Position numbers and translations under genes: made by a program. 64,000 nt of DNA from Thalia democratica (Eukaryota): positions 48,174,001 to 48,238,000 of the forward strand of contig OZ241828.1 in the NCBI GenBank assembly GCA_965202585.1, given 5' to 3'. Positions 39,701-54,200 of this stretch are shown piece after piece. Each line of letters begins with the position of its first letter. Within the stretch, counting starts at the first letter, position 1. A model generated the notes under the pieces. That model worked only from the letters and a program-made list of their open reading frames with translations, did no database searches and had not been told where the DNA came from.

Positions 39701-42700
39701 GTTCTGTAAGCTCTTCATGGTTAAATAAATCCGTGTAGTAACCTGTAAAATAAAGTTATTCAAAAGCAGATAAAACCTGCTTGCAAAAGCTTACACTACA
39801 AAAGTTCATACACCAACTAAACTGCAAAATATATTTATCAACTAGCTCTTACCATTAACCATAATCGATTCTAATACCTGAAGATAATGTAAGTTTTTAT
39901 TACATTCTTCTGATAAAAGCAATATGACTTTACTTTCGTTTAAACCAGCCTCTGTATGAGCGTTTTTAAGTGTTCTGTTCAAAAAGTAAATATTGTATTG
40001 CAAACCATATAACAAATAACAATTAAAAAAATAAAAAACTGACTCCGTTAAAAGTTAATATGATTAATTTTCTTTAATTTGAACTAGTTTTTACTTATTT
40101 AGCATTCAAAATTGAGCTTTTGGATTAAATTTTACCTTTAAGATAAGACGAAAAACTGAAATATTGTAATTCATAAAGGGTTTAACTAACAATTTAAATT
40201 CCGCAGTACCATTATCACAACCATTCGAACTATTGGTACAATGCTCAAACAATTTGATATTATTCAAACGAGCCAAAAGTCTGACCAATGACTTCCCTCC
40301 ACTAATGGCTACATCAGAAGACAGAATTAGCGCGTGTTGAGATGTTTCAGACGCGAGGAGACGAGACAATCTGGTCACGTGGTTTACAACAAAATCGCTT
40401 GCCACTAACGTTTTATCTTCAATTTCTGTAAAAAAATTGTACAAAATTTAACTTTGGTGCTTTATATTGAAGTCGTAAATAGTTAGTATATATTAGTTAG
40501 TACACAATATAAAAGTTCATTAGTTTACATTATTAATTTATCCCTTATTTCTATTGTCGAGTTTAAAAAATCTACTTTAAAGCTAAAAGTTCATTAACAA
40601 CTTTATGTGATCTTTAGTTTAGCTGAAGTACTAAAATGTACCTTTAAGACAGTTCATTCTAGCTTTTAGTAAATTTACATATATACATATAGAAATTAAA
40701 AAAATGATAGTTATAAACATACTAATTTAAGTTATCCAACAACTGCAAAAAAAAATATACTTCTATAACTGATTTCACATTGAAGAGCTTCAGTGATTTC
40801 TTCTCTGGTACCTTCTACGTATTTAACTCCAGAGAGAAATCCAGATTTTGAGATAAGATTGTAGCTCATCAAGATATCAGTAAATTTTTCATTTTCAGAA
40901 AATATCTATACAATAAACAAAAATTAGTATACGAATTAAAATTCAAAATATTATACCCCATTAAAACTTGTACTACAATTGTAATTTTTAAGCGATACTT
41001 ACTAAAATATATAATTTAATAGAGACTTAATATTAGAGAAGTTTTTGAGTAAGGTTAACAATAGTGAAGCTAAGTTAGCATTAAGGTTCCTTAAGGTTTA
41101 TAAAAACTTAGTATAAAAATTACTCAAAAGCAGGTAAAATAGAAGTTTTATTAAAGGGATATCAACAGTCTATCAAATAACTACATCAAATTTAAAGTTT
41201 ATAAGTATCAAAAAACTCCAAGATTTTTTAAATGATTATCGACAACTCGGTAACATAAATCTTCAAAGCTGAGTGAACAAAAAAAAAATAAATTCAACAT
41301 GCTTACAATTTGTGGTTTAGTTATTGCTGGAGACCAATTCGAAGTAACTTCAGCATTTTGAATTGCTTGACACTTCACAAGAGTTTTCCTTACAATTTCT
41401 GAAGTTTTTTGCGGTTTTACCAAATAATTTTTAGGTGCGGAAGGTTTACTTGATGAATTTTTACTAACACCAGCCGACGGAGGAATGTAAATTTTTTCCC
41501 CTTCTGTAAGTTCTTTAGATTAATCGATGTTTAGAAATTAAGTATAACACTTATTAAAGAGCGAAATTAAGCTTTTTGAACATGTTTACTTAGCTTAGCA
41601 TAAGCATATAAAACCATTAGTAGTAGCAGTAGTGTTATAAGGATAGTAGTTCCTTATAATAAAAGTCATACATTGCTCTTAGTTTAAGCGTAACTACTTA
41701 TGAGTGTAACACTACACGTGTTTTTTTTTACTATCAAAAAACTTATACAGTGCAAGAGTCTAACCAGGATTAGTTATACTCATTTTTCCTGCGTTCTCAT
41801 CAGCTTCAGGCTCGTAATTAAACTCTTCTTGAGTTGCTAAGTTGTTTCTTAAATCTAAATCAGTAAAACATTATAAAACACATTTACAAGATCTTTAAAG
41901 TGTTTTTTTATTCAACTTCAAACTATGTAAATAAGCCTAAAAAGTATACAACTTACTAAAATAAAAAGTTTTTCAATTAAGCAAATTTACAACAAAATAG
42001 ACAAACAATTTTGAAATATTTATAAAGTGAAGAATTTAGTTAATAATTCCAAATATGCTTCTCACCTTTTTCAGCATTGCTTCCTAAACTGCTCGGAGCA
42101 CAAGTTTCAATCTGTGTATTTAAAAAGCGTTTATTATACAAGAAGTATATTTTGATGCTCATAATCTAAAAACATTACATTTAAAGTGGCTTGTACGCCT
42201 GAAAATCTCATATTTGTGTCTAGTGGCTTTGTATTCAAAGATTCTTCGTTGTGGTCTATATCTGAGAAAAAATAAATTAATTAATAAAAAATAGCCTATT
42301 TTTTAGGAAAACTGTTAAAATCATAACTGATTTTTTTTTGGTTTGTAGTTAACAAATTTAAACAAGGTAGGCATACACTACTTCATAAAAACACTAATTA
42401 ATTACTAATTACCTAGACAGAAGAACTTGTAAAAGTTGTACATAAGAATTTTTTCAAAATATTTTTGATCGTTGTCTTCAACCAAGCGATCGTAGAAGAC
42501 CCTGGTGCACTCGTGGAGCCACAACCTCACCACTGCCCTGGTCACCGGCGAATCCTCGAAAGTTCCTGTCGGTGCGGCTGCAACATAAAATGCTTTCATA
42601 AGTTTGTGAGTAGCTTTATTTACACAAAGTATGCGTACTATATACTTGTATGTATCAATTTGAAAAGTTATATAACTACTAGCGTGAAGTGACGAATAAA

Positions 42701-45186
42701 ATAAAAAACACTATAAAAGTATATTTCAATTCACATGCTCTTCGTATGGTTCTAGAAGCTCTACTGCTTCGAATTTTGCTGCTTCTGCTGAGCCTTTTGC
42801 TGATCAAATTAATTTTTCGTGCTACAGGAACCATCATAAACATTCCCTGTTTAAAATTAAATCTGTCAAAGTTATTAGGGCAATATTGTTAACTATCTTA
42901 CATAATATGCGACATTATTTTATTGGTTTTACCCGGGTGCTCAATTGAAATTCAGACAATTCAAATTCTTAAAAAAATTTATAAGGCCACAAATCAAAAA
43001 ATAAAGTATATTTGAAAAAAATAAAAATACAATGTAGGTCTAATCTAATTAATACCTACAGACCCTATTTTTAATTTTCAATAATTTTTTTAGATATGAC
43101 TAAAACTAGTTTTAAAATACAGTAATTTTAGTAACTATTGAAACTTCTCTTTTTTGTTAAAAAATTTTCAGATAATTTTTTGCTATCACATCCTTAACAA
43201 TTAGATCTAAAACCACTTTTTTATCTTTTAAAAAAATATGTTACTTTTTGAGATATAGCCTCATAGACATTTTTTTAAGAACTAAAACACGATTTTTAAT
43301 TGTCACGTAACCAGTTTACTCAGAAGAGATTTCAATAAACTACATTTACACAATAAAAAATGTGCGTAAAAGACTATTAAAAACACTTTAATAACTTTTG
43401 AAATTTGATTAAGTTGAAGAAGTTTAACATTTTCTGTATAAATAGTAACGTACAAATTACCTCTTTATAAGTAAAAAAAGTGCATATAGTAATTTGAAAA
43501 CAATAACTAGAGTGCAGTAAAAACTTTCTATAAAATTCCATCAATAATGTAATTTGTAATAAGTTTAACTGTAAAATATCTGTGAAGAGTAATCATCAAA
43601 CTAAATTCAATATTTTTAGATTGTCTTTAGAGCAATATGATGGTATCATTCTCAGTTAAGGTCATATGAGCTCTAAACACTATTTTACAATAATTTTCAT
43701 TTTCTCTTATTTGTAAGTTTTTAGTGGTTACATGACAATTTAAACTCGGAAAATTCAAATTCCGACAATTCAAATTCTTTAAAAAAAATTAAGAGACCAT
43801 ATCTGAAAAAGTATATTTTTTTATAAAAAAATACATTTGTAGGTCTCAGTAATATCTACAAGCCATTTTATATTATTTGCAAAATTTTAAATATTTCTTA
43901 AGATGTTTAAATTTAATAAAAATAACTACATTTCCAAACTTATTTCAGCCACATCTCAAAAAGTATTTAATATTTCCAAAAATAAAAAGATGGCTTGTAG
44001 ATATTTACAAGGCCAACATACATATACTTTATTTTTTTTTTTTTAATCAAAAATAAAAATTTTTGAGTTAAGGTCCTTTCAAGAAATTTTTAAGATTTTT
44101 AATTGTCGGAATTTCAATTGTCCGAATTTGAATTGTCGTGCACCCGCTTATAGTATAATCTAAAACTTATTTTATATAGAAAACAAAATATTTCAATTTA
44201 AACTTGAGATATAGTTAGTTTTGTAACAGTTTTAAATACAATAATTAATTTTTCATCTTAAATTTTCGTTAGAAAACTAAAAGTAACTAAATTAATTCTT
44301 TTTAAATTGTAACTTCAAGTATTTTAATATTTTACTTTCAAAACAATGTTTTACTCAAAAAATCTTATTTAAATCATCGTTCTAAAACAGTAAAAGAAGA
44401 TATGTTACTTATTAAACAGTTGTTTTCGCCTTTTTAGCTTTTTCCGTTAAAAACCTATTATCACTAATATTCCAAAAACTGATTCAATATTATAAGATAT
44501 AAAAAGAAACTGGTTGATAAGTAAAAATTAGAAAGCTTAAAAACTGTATTGTACTACATCTATAGCCTAAAAACAAAATAAAATAAAAAACTAACCTTCA
44601 AAACTTTACCAACATCATTTAATGTAAATACATAGTGAGGTTTTCGTATGGACGCCTTCAAACTGTTTATGCATCTCATGCACACCCCATAAGTCGCGTG
44701 AATGATTGCCTGAAAGTTTTTTAATAAACAAACATAACATTTTATGAAAAAGTACACTTTCTAGCAATAAAAATATATTTCACTTTTGCAAGGTCGTCGT
44801 TTCTCTTTACTGATGTGACAGGGAATTCATCTAACCAATGCATGATCTGAGGACTGAATATTTTCATCATTTCGTTGCTACATAGCTGTAAGTTTGTAGT
44901 TGTTGTTGTTACAAACACTTATTTATCTACTAAAATCGAATATTTCTAACTAAAAAAATTGATCAGTTGAATAAAAACTTCTGAACCATTAGTGCAAATG
45001 ACACTGAAAGTATACACAACAGTGAGAAGTATTTAATTTAAAGATTAATAGAAATTATACATTACTTAAGTAGAAATGTTACAAACTGTATTCTAAACTT
45101 TTTGTGTGTAATTCTACAACACGAATATGATAATACTAATACTGAGTAATGTTTTTCTTATGTTGCGTAGAAATTATTTCACCTTA

Positions 45187-45269
<83 letters not shown>

Positions 45270-48200
45270 GTAATAATAATAAAAGTTTTGTTTTCCAACA
45301 TAAATTTGATTAAAAGCTAAAATTTTAAGACTTTCTAATAAGTTCTAGCATATTCTAAACCAGTTAAGAAAAATAAATCATAACAATAGTTTTTTATGAT
45401 AACATCTTCAATGATTAAAGTAAACAGTGTAAATATTTTTTGAATAAATATAAATTATTAGAATAGTTTATTTTTCTAAGCTTGTGAATCAATGATTTAT
45501 AAAATAGATTTTTTAAACTATAAGATAATCTTATCACGTTAAAATATAGTCATATTATACAAGATAGACCTTTATTAAAACAGTATGTTTAGAAAAATTT
45601 TACCTTTAAAAAGCTACATGTCAAGACTATTTTATATTTAAGTGCTTTTTATTTACTATTAGAATAATAGTACTACAAAACAAACTAACATACTCAGAAT
45701 TTCTTAAAAACAAAAGTAAAAAAATAGTTACTAATTCAAAACTACAAACAAATGTATCAAACATATCTAAAGTACCAATTAATGTAAAACAAAAAAAATA
45801 ATAAATACTTTATATACTACTACAATACCATATTTTTTGTCATATGTATTAAACACAAACTAGTTATGACAACTTAAGTTAATTAGCTTTAAAGTCTTTT
45901 TTTTCAAATCACCTTGTGCATTCTGAGTATGATAAAATGACGCAACAATCTGGGCGAGACAAACTTCCTGGCCCCACCTTCTCCTCTACCCGTCGTTGAC
46001 GGCGTGTCGGTTGCCAGGAAAACCACGTCACGCTCCAGTGACTTGCTGATGAACCTTTCATAGTCGTGAATTTCTTGTGTTGTAAAAATCTGGTGTTATA
46101 GTTTATAAAGAACATTTCTTTAACATAGAAATAACTAGCTTGAAATATGTAGACTAACACAATAAATGTAAAAACAGTAGTTTAAGGTCACAGGGGTCAA
46201 AGCGTTTTTATTAGAAAAACTAAAATTGGATGTTTTATGAATGTTAAAGAAACTTTTATAAAGCTCTAAATTCTATTTTGAGATTTAGTCAATTTTGTAA
46301 ACATATTCTTATTAAACGCATAGACCCAAATTTTTTGTGGTCCAATTTATCTAAAATTTTTCGTTTACTAAAAGTCATTCGTTTTTTTCTTTTTTAAGCT
46401 AGAGACTTCGATACAAATAACGAGGTATGTAGAACATATTAGATTTCTTAACGGGAGTATAGACAGGTTCTTTCTTGAGACTAAAAGGATAATAAGGACC
46501 ACAATACTAAGCAATATTAGAACCAATCTTCTTATTTTGAAGATACTGCACGAAGAATCGCGTAGAATATTAAAAAGTACTATAACTTTCTAAAAAGACT
46601 ATTTTAACAATTTCGAAACGCTTACAATAAGGACTTCTAAAAAAAATTTTAATCAAAAACTTTGGGACTAACATTTCTTAATCATTTTCCAATTAAAAAC
46701 AATAAAAATACATTAACAACAAATATATTATAAGTAAAAAAAAACAATAATAAAGATTTTTTTATTGAGAAAATTTAAAGAAGATTACTTATAATCTTAA
46801 CAAAACAGTCTTTTTTAACGTGCAAATTCCATAGAACTCACCAATATTGATCACTTGTATCTCAAAAACAGCCAAAACTTTTGTTAAGCTGTAAAAATTA
46901 TCTACCGGCTGATATGAAAGTCTACAAAATGAGACAAACTAGTAAAAATTAAGTACGGCCTTAGTAGATGTTTATTACTTTTTTACAAATATTTTCCAGT
47001 GGTATTGGCGGATAATAATGCACAGTACTTACTTGATAAATTAAGAAATAACTCAGTACAAATTTGTAATCTAAAAAGTTGTTTTATTAAAAAATAGATT
47101 AGTATTTTTTGTGTTTTAAAACTTTGTTATTGCCACACTTCTTATAACTTATTTTTATTTTTAAAAATTACTTTCACTGAGTTGTTAACATTAGCCCTTT
47201 AAATAAGTAAAAAAATTAATAAAACAAATAGTTTAGAAAATTCAGTATATACCTGGCGCAATAGCTCAAGATTGCTCGAACTAGTAGCTAAGTAACTGTC
47301 TTTATTGGTTTTTCCAACAGTATTAAGAGACAAGTCTTCAAGGAAAAAATGGCACATTTTTCTGGTGAGTTTTGAAACTTCGGCTAGCGTGGTGTTGGGG
47401 TGAGCCATCAGTCCAAGGTTCATGCGTTGAAGCGAAGGTGACGTCTTGCTCTCAATCAACCTTTGAAGCTGGACTGGGGTCATCACTTGAAAATATATGT
47501 GTTTTGTATGCTAAAGTAGTTTAGAAGAGTATTATCCTAATATCACAGATTGTATAGACCAAACTAATTTACTTTTTAACAATTTGTTTGATTCAAAATA
47601 ATTGGGTCTGAATTTTCATTAACAATTTTAACTAACGGGAGGAAAACTGTATTTTTTTATATTTGACAGACTGTTTGATGAACTGATCGGCAAGAACAGT
47701 TTTGCCACATCCATGATCGCCCAATAGCAGAACTGATTGTTTGTTGTTTAACAATGACACACAAATTTTCATCAAACTCTCTGTCTACATTTAAATATTA
47801 AGCTAAAAATATAAAATGAATAACTAGTCTTTTTCTGTTATAACACCTGCCGACAAACAGAACAACATTTAACTAGTTTAAGTATTATCAGACAAGAACA
47901 TTTTGTTTTACAAACTTCAAATAAAGCTGAAACTAGCATTTACAATTCAAAATTACTATTCTTAAGGTAAAAATTTAAAGCTTAGTGTAAAATTTTTTTT
48001 GAATTTTGTTACTTCAGAGCAACTTATTATCACTTTGACTCTAACTTTATCACAACTATTAAACACAAAACTTATATTTAAACATGTCAAAACACTCTGA
48101 GGCTAAAAAAAACTTATTCAAGTTATTTAAAACTTACATCTAATTAGTCTTAAAATTGTGTTTTTACCTTGCTGTTCATGTGATAAGTTGGTGTAGAAAG

Positions 48201-51200
48201 ATCGGGGCCATCAGCTTTCGCTCCACCCCATTTACAAAAAGAACAAAGTTCTTCGTCGTAGTAGAAGTCAAACACCGTGTTTGAAATGGGAAAAGCAACA
48301 TTTGAATACCTTCATGAAAAATTAAAACTTAGTTTTTAATTTAATTTAGTAAACTAACAGTAAACTGCTTGGATAACATGCATGATTTTATTAGACCAAA
48401 GGTCGGCAGGTAACAGGTCAGATTTATAAGAAAGAACTATTTTGCTGGTTGCTGAGTTACTAAAATATATATTTAATATAGATACAAATTATATTGACGA
48501 ATTAAAATGATATAATCATACAATTAACATAATAGCTCAACCTAAATTACTATCGGCATTATATTGGTAGATAACAATCAGTAAAGTTTTAATTTATATA
48601 GTTTTGAAAACCTGTTTTTACAAAAAGAGAAATCGCAAGATTGAGTAAAATACAAACTGCGAGAAAAAAATGGCCTTCAAAGCAAAAATGTTTGGCCCAT
48701 TATGTGTTTTTAAGTTGAAAATGTAAGCAAAATAAACAAATTTTACGAAAAAGGTTTTTTATTACTTCTGAGTAAAATTCCGCCTATTTTTATTTTTTAA
48801 AGCGCATTTGCTCTTAAATGTTTATATTTATTTTTTAAGTAAAAGTTTTGTAAAATACTGAGACAGTCAAAGAACTTATTTTAGTAAATATGTCTGTTTC
48901 CTTATAAAATGCTGCCAACCCCTACTTAGGCAAAGTCTCAAAAAATATTTTTGTAGTGGTTTTTCTACGACTGAATTATGTTTTATTAATAGTTAGCAAG
49001 TCTTCAAACCGAAGAGTGTCCACCTCTTTTCTAAAATAGCAATCGAAATGAAGTTGTTGCTGTTGGTCAAGAGAGCCACCAAAAGACCAAACAAGTGAAA
49101 ATATGATAAGGTGGGAAGACACAACTCTTGTTTTACCTCCTGTTGTAAGCTTCATTGCTGATGGAGCTCTGTTTTGTATTTTTACATATTAAGTACTAAA
49201 ATATTATCAACGCAAATTATAAAAAAACAGAAAAACATTTCTTTAACTTTTTAGAAAATAACGTTATAATTGAAGTTTGTTAATTTTGATATCAGAAAAT
49301 TAGTGTTACTGAGCTTTATTAACAAATACAAACTTTTTACAAAATTAATTTAACAATAAAAAGATTTGTACAAATCAAACCACATGTTTAACGTTATTTA
49401 ATGTAGAATAAACTTATTAATATTGTGCAAAAAAATTAATTTAAGACAGTTATAAGTTTAGGAAAAGTGCAATCTTCAATTAATAAAAACTAAAATTAAA
49501 CTAAAGTATATTTATTACTTTATCAGATTTATTTAGTTACTGTTGGTAGTAGCTTAAATACTTTAAATACTACGCCATCTACTTTTAAAAAACTATTTCA
49601 CTTATAGAAAAATTTAACATCTTTAACCAAACTGTTTGTTAAACTAAAGCAACAAAATGTTCTATTCCATTTAGTAGTGTCTTTATAAAAAAATAAAATA
49701 TGGATGCTGTAAAAATATGCAATATGCATACTGTTCGTTTTTAGTTAACAATTAATTTGTTCAACTTAAGCAATTAAAACAAATACCTTAAGTTTATCTC
49801 AAAAACACTAATTTTTTTTTAGTCAAAAATGTATTAAAACTAGTATAACTATAACATCTTAAATACCATTCTAACTTATTTATATAAAAGTACTGAATTT
49901 ATTAACAAATACTGTTGACATTTTAAACAAAAAAACTAAAATCTGATGAAATTATAACATTTACTATATGTTTAAAAATCTAACAAGGAATGGTCACTTT
50001 AAAAAAAAATCCGTAATTTAAGTCACAAAAACTTTATTTTCTGTTTGATTATCAAAATTGTATATGCAGTATTTAAACAACCTTAATTACATCATCTACA
50101 TCAGGGTTTCCTAAACTTTTTTTCATAAGGTTTCTTCAAAAAAATTAAAAAAGCAATGGCACCTCTAATAAAAATTCTTTAAACGTTATACAAATCCTAA
50201 TACCTTATTTTTTTGCTCTTCATCACCATCTCCGTAATATCTAGTCTAAGTTTCAAAATATGACCTTATTACCCCCCCTTGCAGCTTATAGCCCCCTAAC
50301 TTTCTAAAACAACCCACTTTAAAATGCCTAAGTATAAGTTTCAATTTTCCTCGTTTATCTGGTATAAGTTTCAAAACTACCCTTAAATACGCCTACGACC
50401 TTTTATTTTTGCTCTTCAACTCAAGAATATCTAATGTAAGTTTAAAACTATAGCCTTATGGCCTCTTAAATTTATTAAATGGCCCATAAGGGGACCATGT
50501 GGCCCTTTTTGGGAAATCTTAATCTACATAAACTTAAATTTTGAACAGTTTATCATATAGTATTTTGTTATAAATAAGTTAAGATTTATTTGATATACCA
50601 TAGAAAGGTATAGAATTTTCTTTAAACAAGTGTTTTAGTTTAAAGTCTTAAACATATTTTTAAAACTATATCTATAAATACAATTGGAAAAAAATTTTAA
50701 TGTGACAAACCTCACGTCTAGCATGTTAATATCGTGTGGACGATTTTTGTTTTCGGTAACTTCTTGCCCGTTTTCAGCAAGGTTGTTTTCATTATCAACA
50801 TTTCTTACTAAGCCAACTTTTTTCATGCAAGCAGTGAATATAGATATGAAAGAGCTTATTTCGTGCACTCCGATGGAAAATTTCTGGTATTTCTGCATTT
50901 TTTGTTTTGAGTACTTTTTAAAAGCTTATCGGTAAATACAAAAATGTTAAACTTTTAAAAATCATATTGTCATTTATAAATTTTAAAGCTCTTGTTCGCT
51001 AAATTCTACAACAATTTAACAACTACTTCGCTGAAATCAAACAGATTTTCATTTCTATTAACATCAGTTATTTGTAAGTCCGAACACAACTAATTCAAAC
51101 TTGTTCAAACAGCAAATATCCGCATTTCGAGTGCTGACGTATCTTTGTGAGAAACTCTATGAGGTTGGGAACCATGTCGTACAAAATATCGTTCCACGTT

Positions 51201-54200
51201 CTCACCACCAGCTTGGAAACTATGAAGTTAAAGTGAGCGTTTTCGAGCCACGCGTCCATAATCAGCTTCCACGTCTGCGGTGTTTGGACGTGTAAAACCG
51301 CACATCTGGTGTTGAAAAATTGTTGAAAAGGTACTTGCAGTTAACAAAAAACAAATAAAAATGAAAGATGTATTTAATGTTAAAAACTACTAAAATATTA
51401 TTAACTTAATTTTTTCGAGTACTTATATCTTAAACTAACTGTGAAACGATTGCAGGAGATGCTGCAGTCAGGGACGAAGACTCAAATATGATGTTGCACT
51501 TAGGAGGAAACTCAAGCTTGTTGAGATTGTCCAGCTTGAACGAGGCATTGCCGTCAACTGAACAAATAATCCGGTCAATCCAATGCTGTGTTAGTTCGCC
51601 ATCTAAAACTATCCATCGGTGCAAGCTGTAAAGATTTCTTCATTGTAAAGATGAAAGACATTTTAAAACTATAACCTTAGACGATATCTGCTCCGAAAAT
51701 ATTTTCCCAGTTTTTTTTGTTTAGGTTTAAAGTTTTCAAACAATATTGAACTGCTAACTTGGAATCATCAAGCTTGGCGCTTTCTCTCACAGCTTTTAAT
51801 CCTTGCAATTTTCTGATTGTTGAGGCAGCAGGCCTTCTTATGTCCTGCTTGAAATGAGAACGTTGCAAAAATCTGCTCAAAATTCCTGTTTGCAATAATA
51901 AAAAAAGTAGCAACAAAATTAACTATAAAGTCTGCTTGTTTGTTTTTTTTCGGCATCTTAATTCAAAATTTTAAAATTGAAATTATTGTATGCCAAAGAA
52001 AAATTTTCACCTTTACTCCATATGCCATCATGCTTGTTAAAACTTCCGTATAGAGCTTCAACCGAATGAGCGTTTGGAAAAATAACAGATGTGTCCACAT
52101 TCATTTTGTATTCTACATCGTTCAAAATCTTTAAGTCATATTCATCTAGTAATTTTGATTAATGTAAATATTATAACATATTAATTCAACTTAAACTAGT
52201 AATTTTTAGTATATTTTTAAAAAACTTTAAACATATTTATGAAGTTGGCATTTATGTTCATTTACAGATTTAAACGAAAATAATTATGAATAAGTAAAAT
52301 TACTTAAGTACAGAAAAATATCCCTCAAGCAGTTCTATTATTTTTTTTTTATATTGAAAATAAAAGTTATCCTATGTGTTGAAATTAAATTTAACTCTAA
52401 AAAAAATAAATAATCTAATTTTTGTAACTCTCACAACTTATATGTTTAAAACAGTATAAAGAAAACACAGAAAAAAAAGGTTTAAAAGAACTTATTTATA
52501 ACATTTTATCACTTGTATGATCGAACTTAAGTAAACTTAATAAATAAATTAGATGTTTATGAATGACTTGAAAAGTGCAAAAGAAATAATTAGGCTAATT
52601 ACACTATTTTTTTAAAATCAAAATTGATTGGTAGTTAAAAATAATTACATATAATTATAAGTTTCCAATTATCAGATACGTTAAACCATAAATAACATAT
52701 TGTGCTTAATTATATTTTAAAGAACTGTATATAAATAATTATAGCTACCTCTTTAATTTAACCTTTTTAAAAAATGTACACACTAAATAACTGAAAAATT
52801 AAACTCTGTGTGCATTAGACTATAAAAATCATGATTCATTATTAAGCAGACGTATTTTTTATGTTTTTGGTGCCGTTGTGTTAAGAACTATTAATTTACG
52901 TTTAAAAAATTGAAATCTTAATTTCCGAAAACAAACGTCATTGAAAAAATATTTTTTAATCTCTAATTTTCTGTCCACAGTTAAACAATTTCTAACTAGT
53001 GAGCACAGATGTACAGTACACCTTCAAGATCACTGCGTTAGACAACTAAAGAACTAACCAGAAGTTGGTGGTTTCACTTCATATTTATCAGCTAAAACAT
53101 CTTGTGTAATCTTTGAACCTGAACTTTTAACAACAGGACTCATTGATAGCTGCTTGACTAAATCTTCTTTACTCTAATAAAGAAGTAGTACTCAACATAG
53201 GTGTTACTTTAAAATAAATATCATTAATCGATTATTTGAATAAAAATGACAAAATCAATAACAATATACGACATTAATATATAACATAAACTGATATATG
53301 AAATAAGAACTGTTATCAAAATAAATTAAATCAGTAAAAGCATACAATAGATATATTCAAGAAGCTAATTAACTTTAAAATAAAATTCACAGTATTTGGA
53401 AACAACGTTTTCAATAATAATAAAGTTTCAAATTTAGTCTTACTAAACATAATTATATATAAAACAATAAAAAACATAAATGATTTTGCTTTGTTTAAAC
53501 TTTATGTAAAGCTTGGAACTCAATTTCGAATACAACATTATAATGTTTTATATTTGGTAGCTTTCAAAATATAAAATTCATATGGTTCGTATATAATACA
53601 TAAGTTATTTGTATTAAAATTAAAATAATACATCATAATTAATCATAATATGCTTAATTTTATTTTAAAGACCTGTATATAAATAATTATAGCTATCTCT
53701 TTAATTGATCTCATACAAAGTAAACTAACAAAAAATACAGTGAACTTAACAACAAAGGTTAACAATAAACAGCATTTGTTACAGAAAAAAAGACAGACCA
53801 TGTTTTGATCTGACGAACTAATAATTTTCATAATACTGCTTGCAAACTTAGATGAAGCCTTGCTTTGATTTTTGTCATGCTGGTTTAAAGTTTCTTCTGT
53901 CAATGCTTCCAATGTCATGTTATTAAAAGCCTTAGACAAAGTTCTAAAACATAAAAAAAATGTCAAATATTATTTTCTCAAGCGCACGTATGACAAATAG
54001 ATCATGAACAATGTGTTTCTTACCTGAATAGAGTTGTTTTACCGCTACCACATTGACCTGTTATAATAACAGACTGACTAGAATCAAGAAGAAAAAACAA
54101 CTGACACGCTTTTTCAATCCACTTGTGAGAAACTGTCAAGCCGTCTGCCGCTAACTGCATTTGCACTGCGTCTGAATAAAACTTGCTTGTTTAAATTTAT

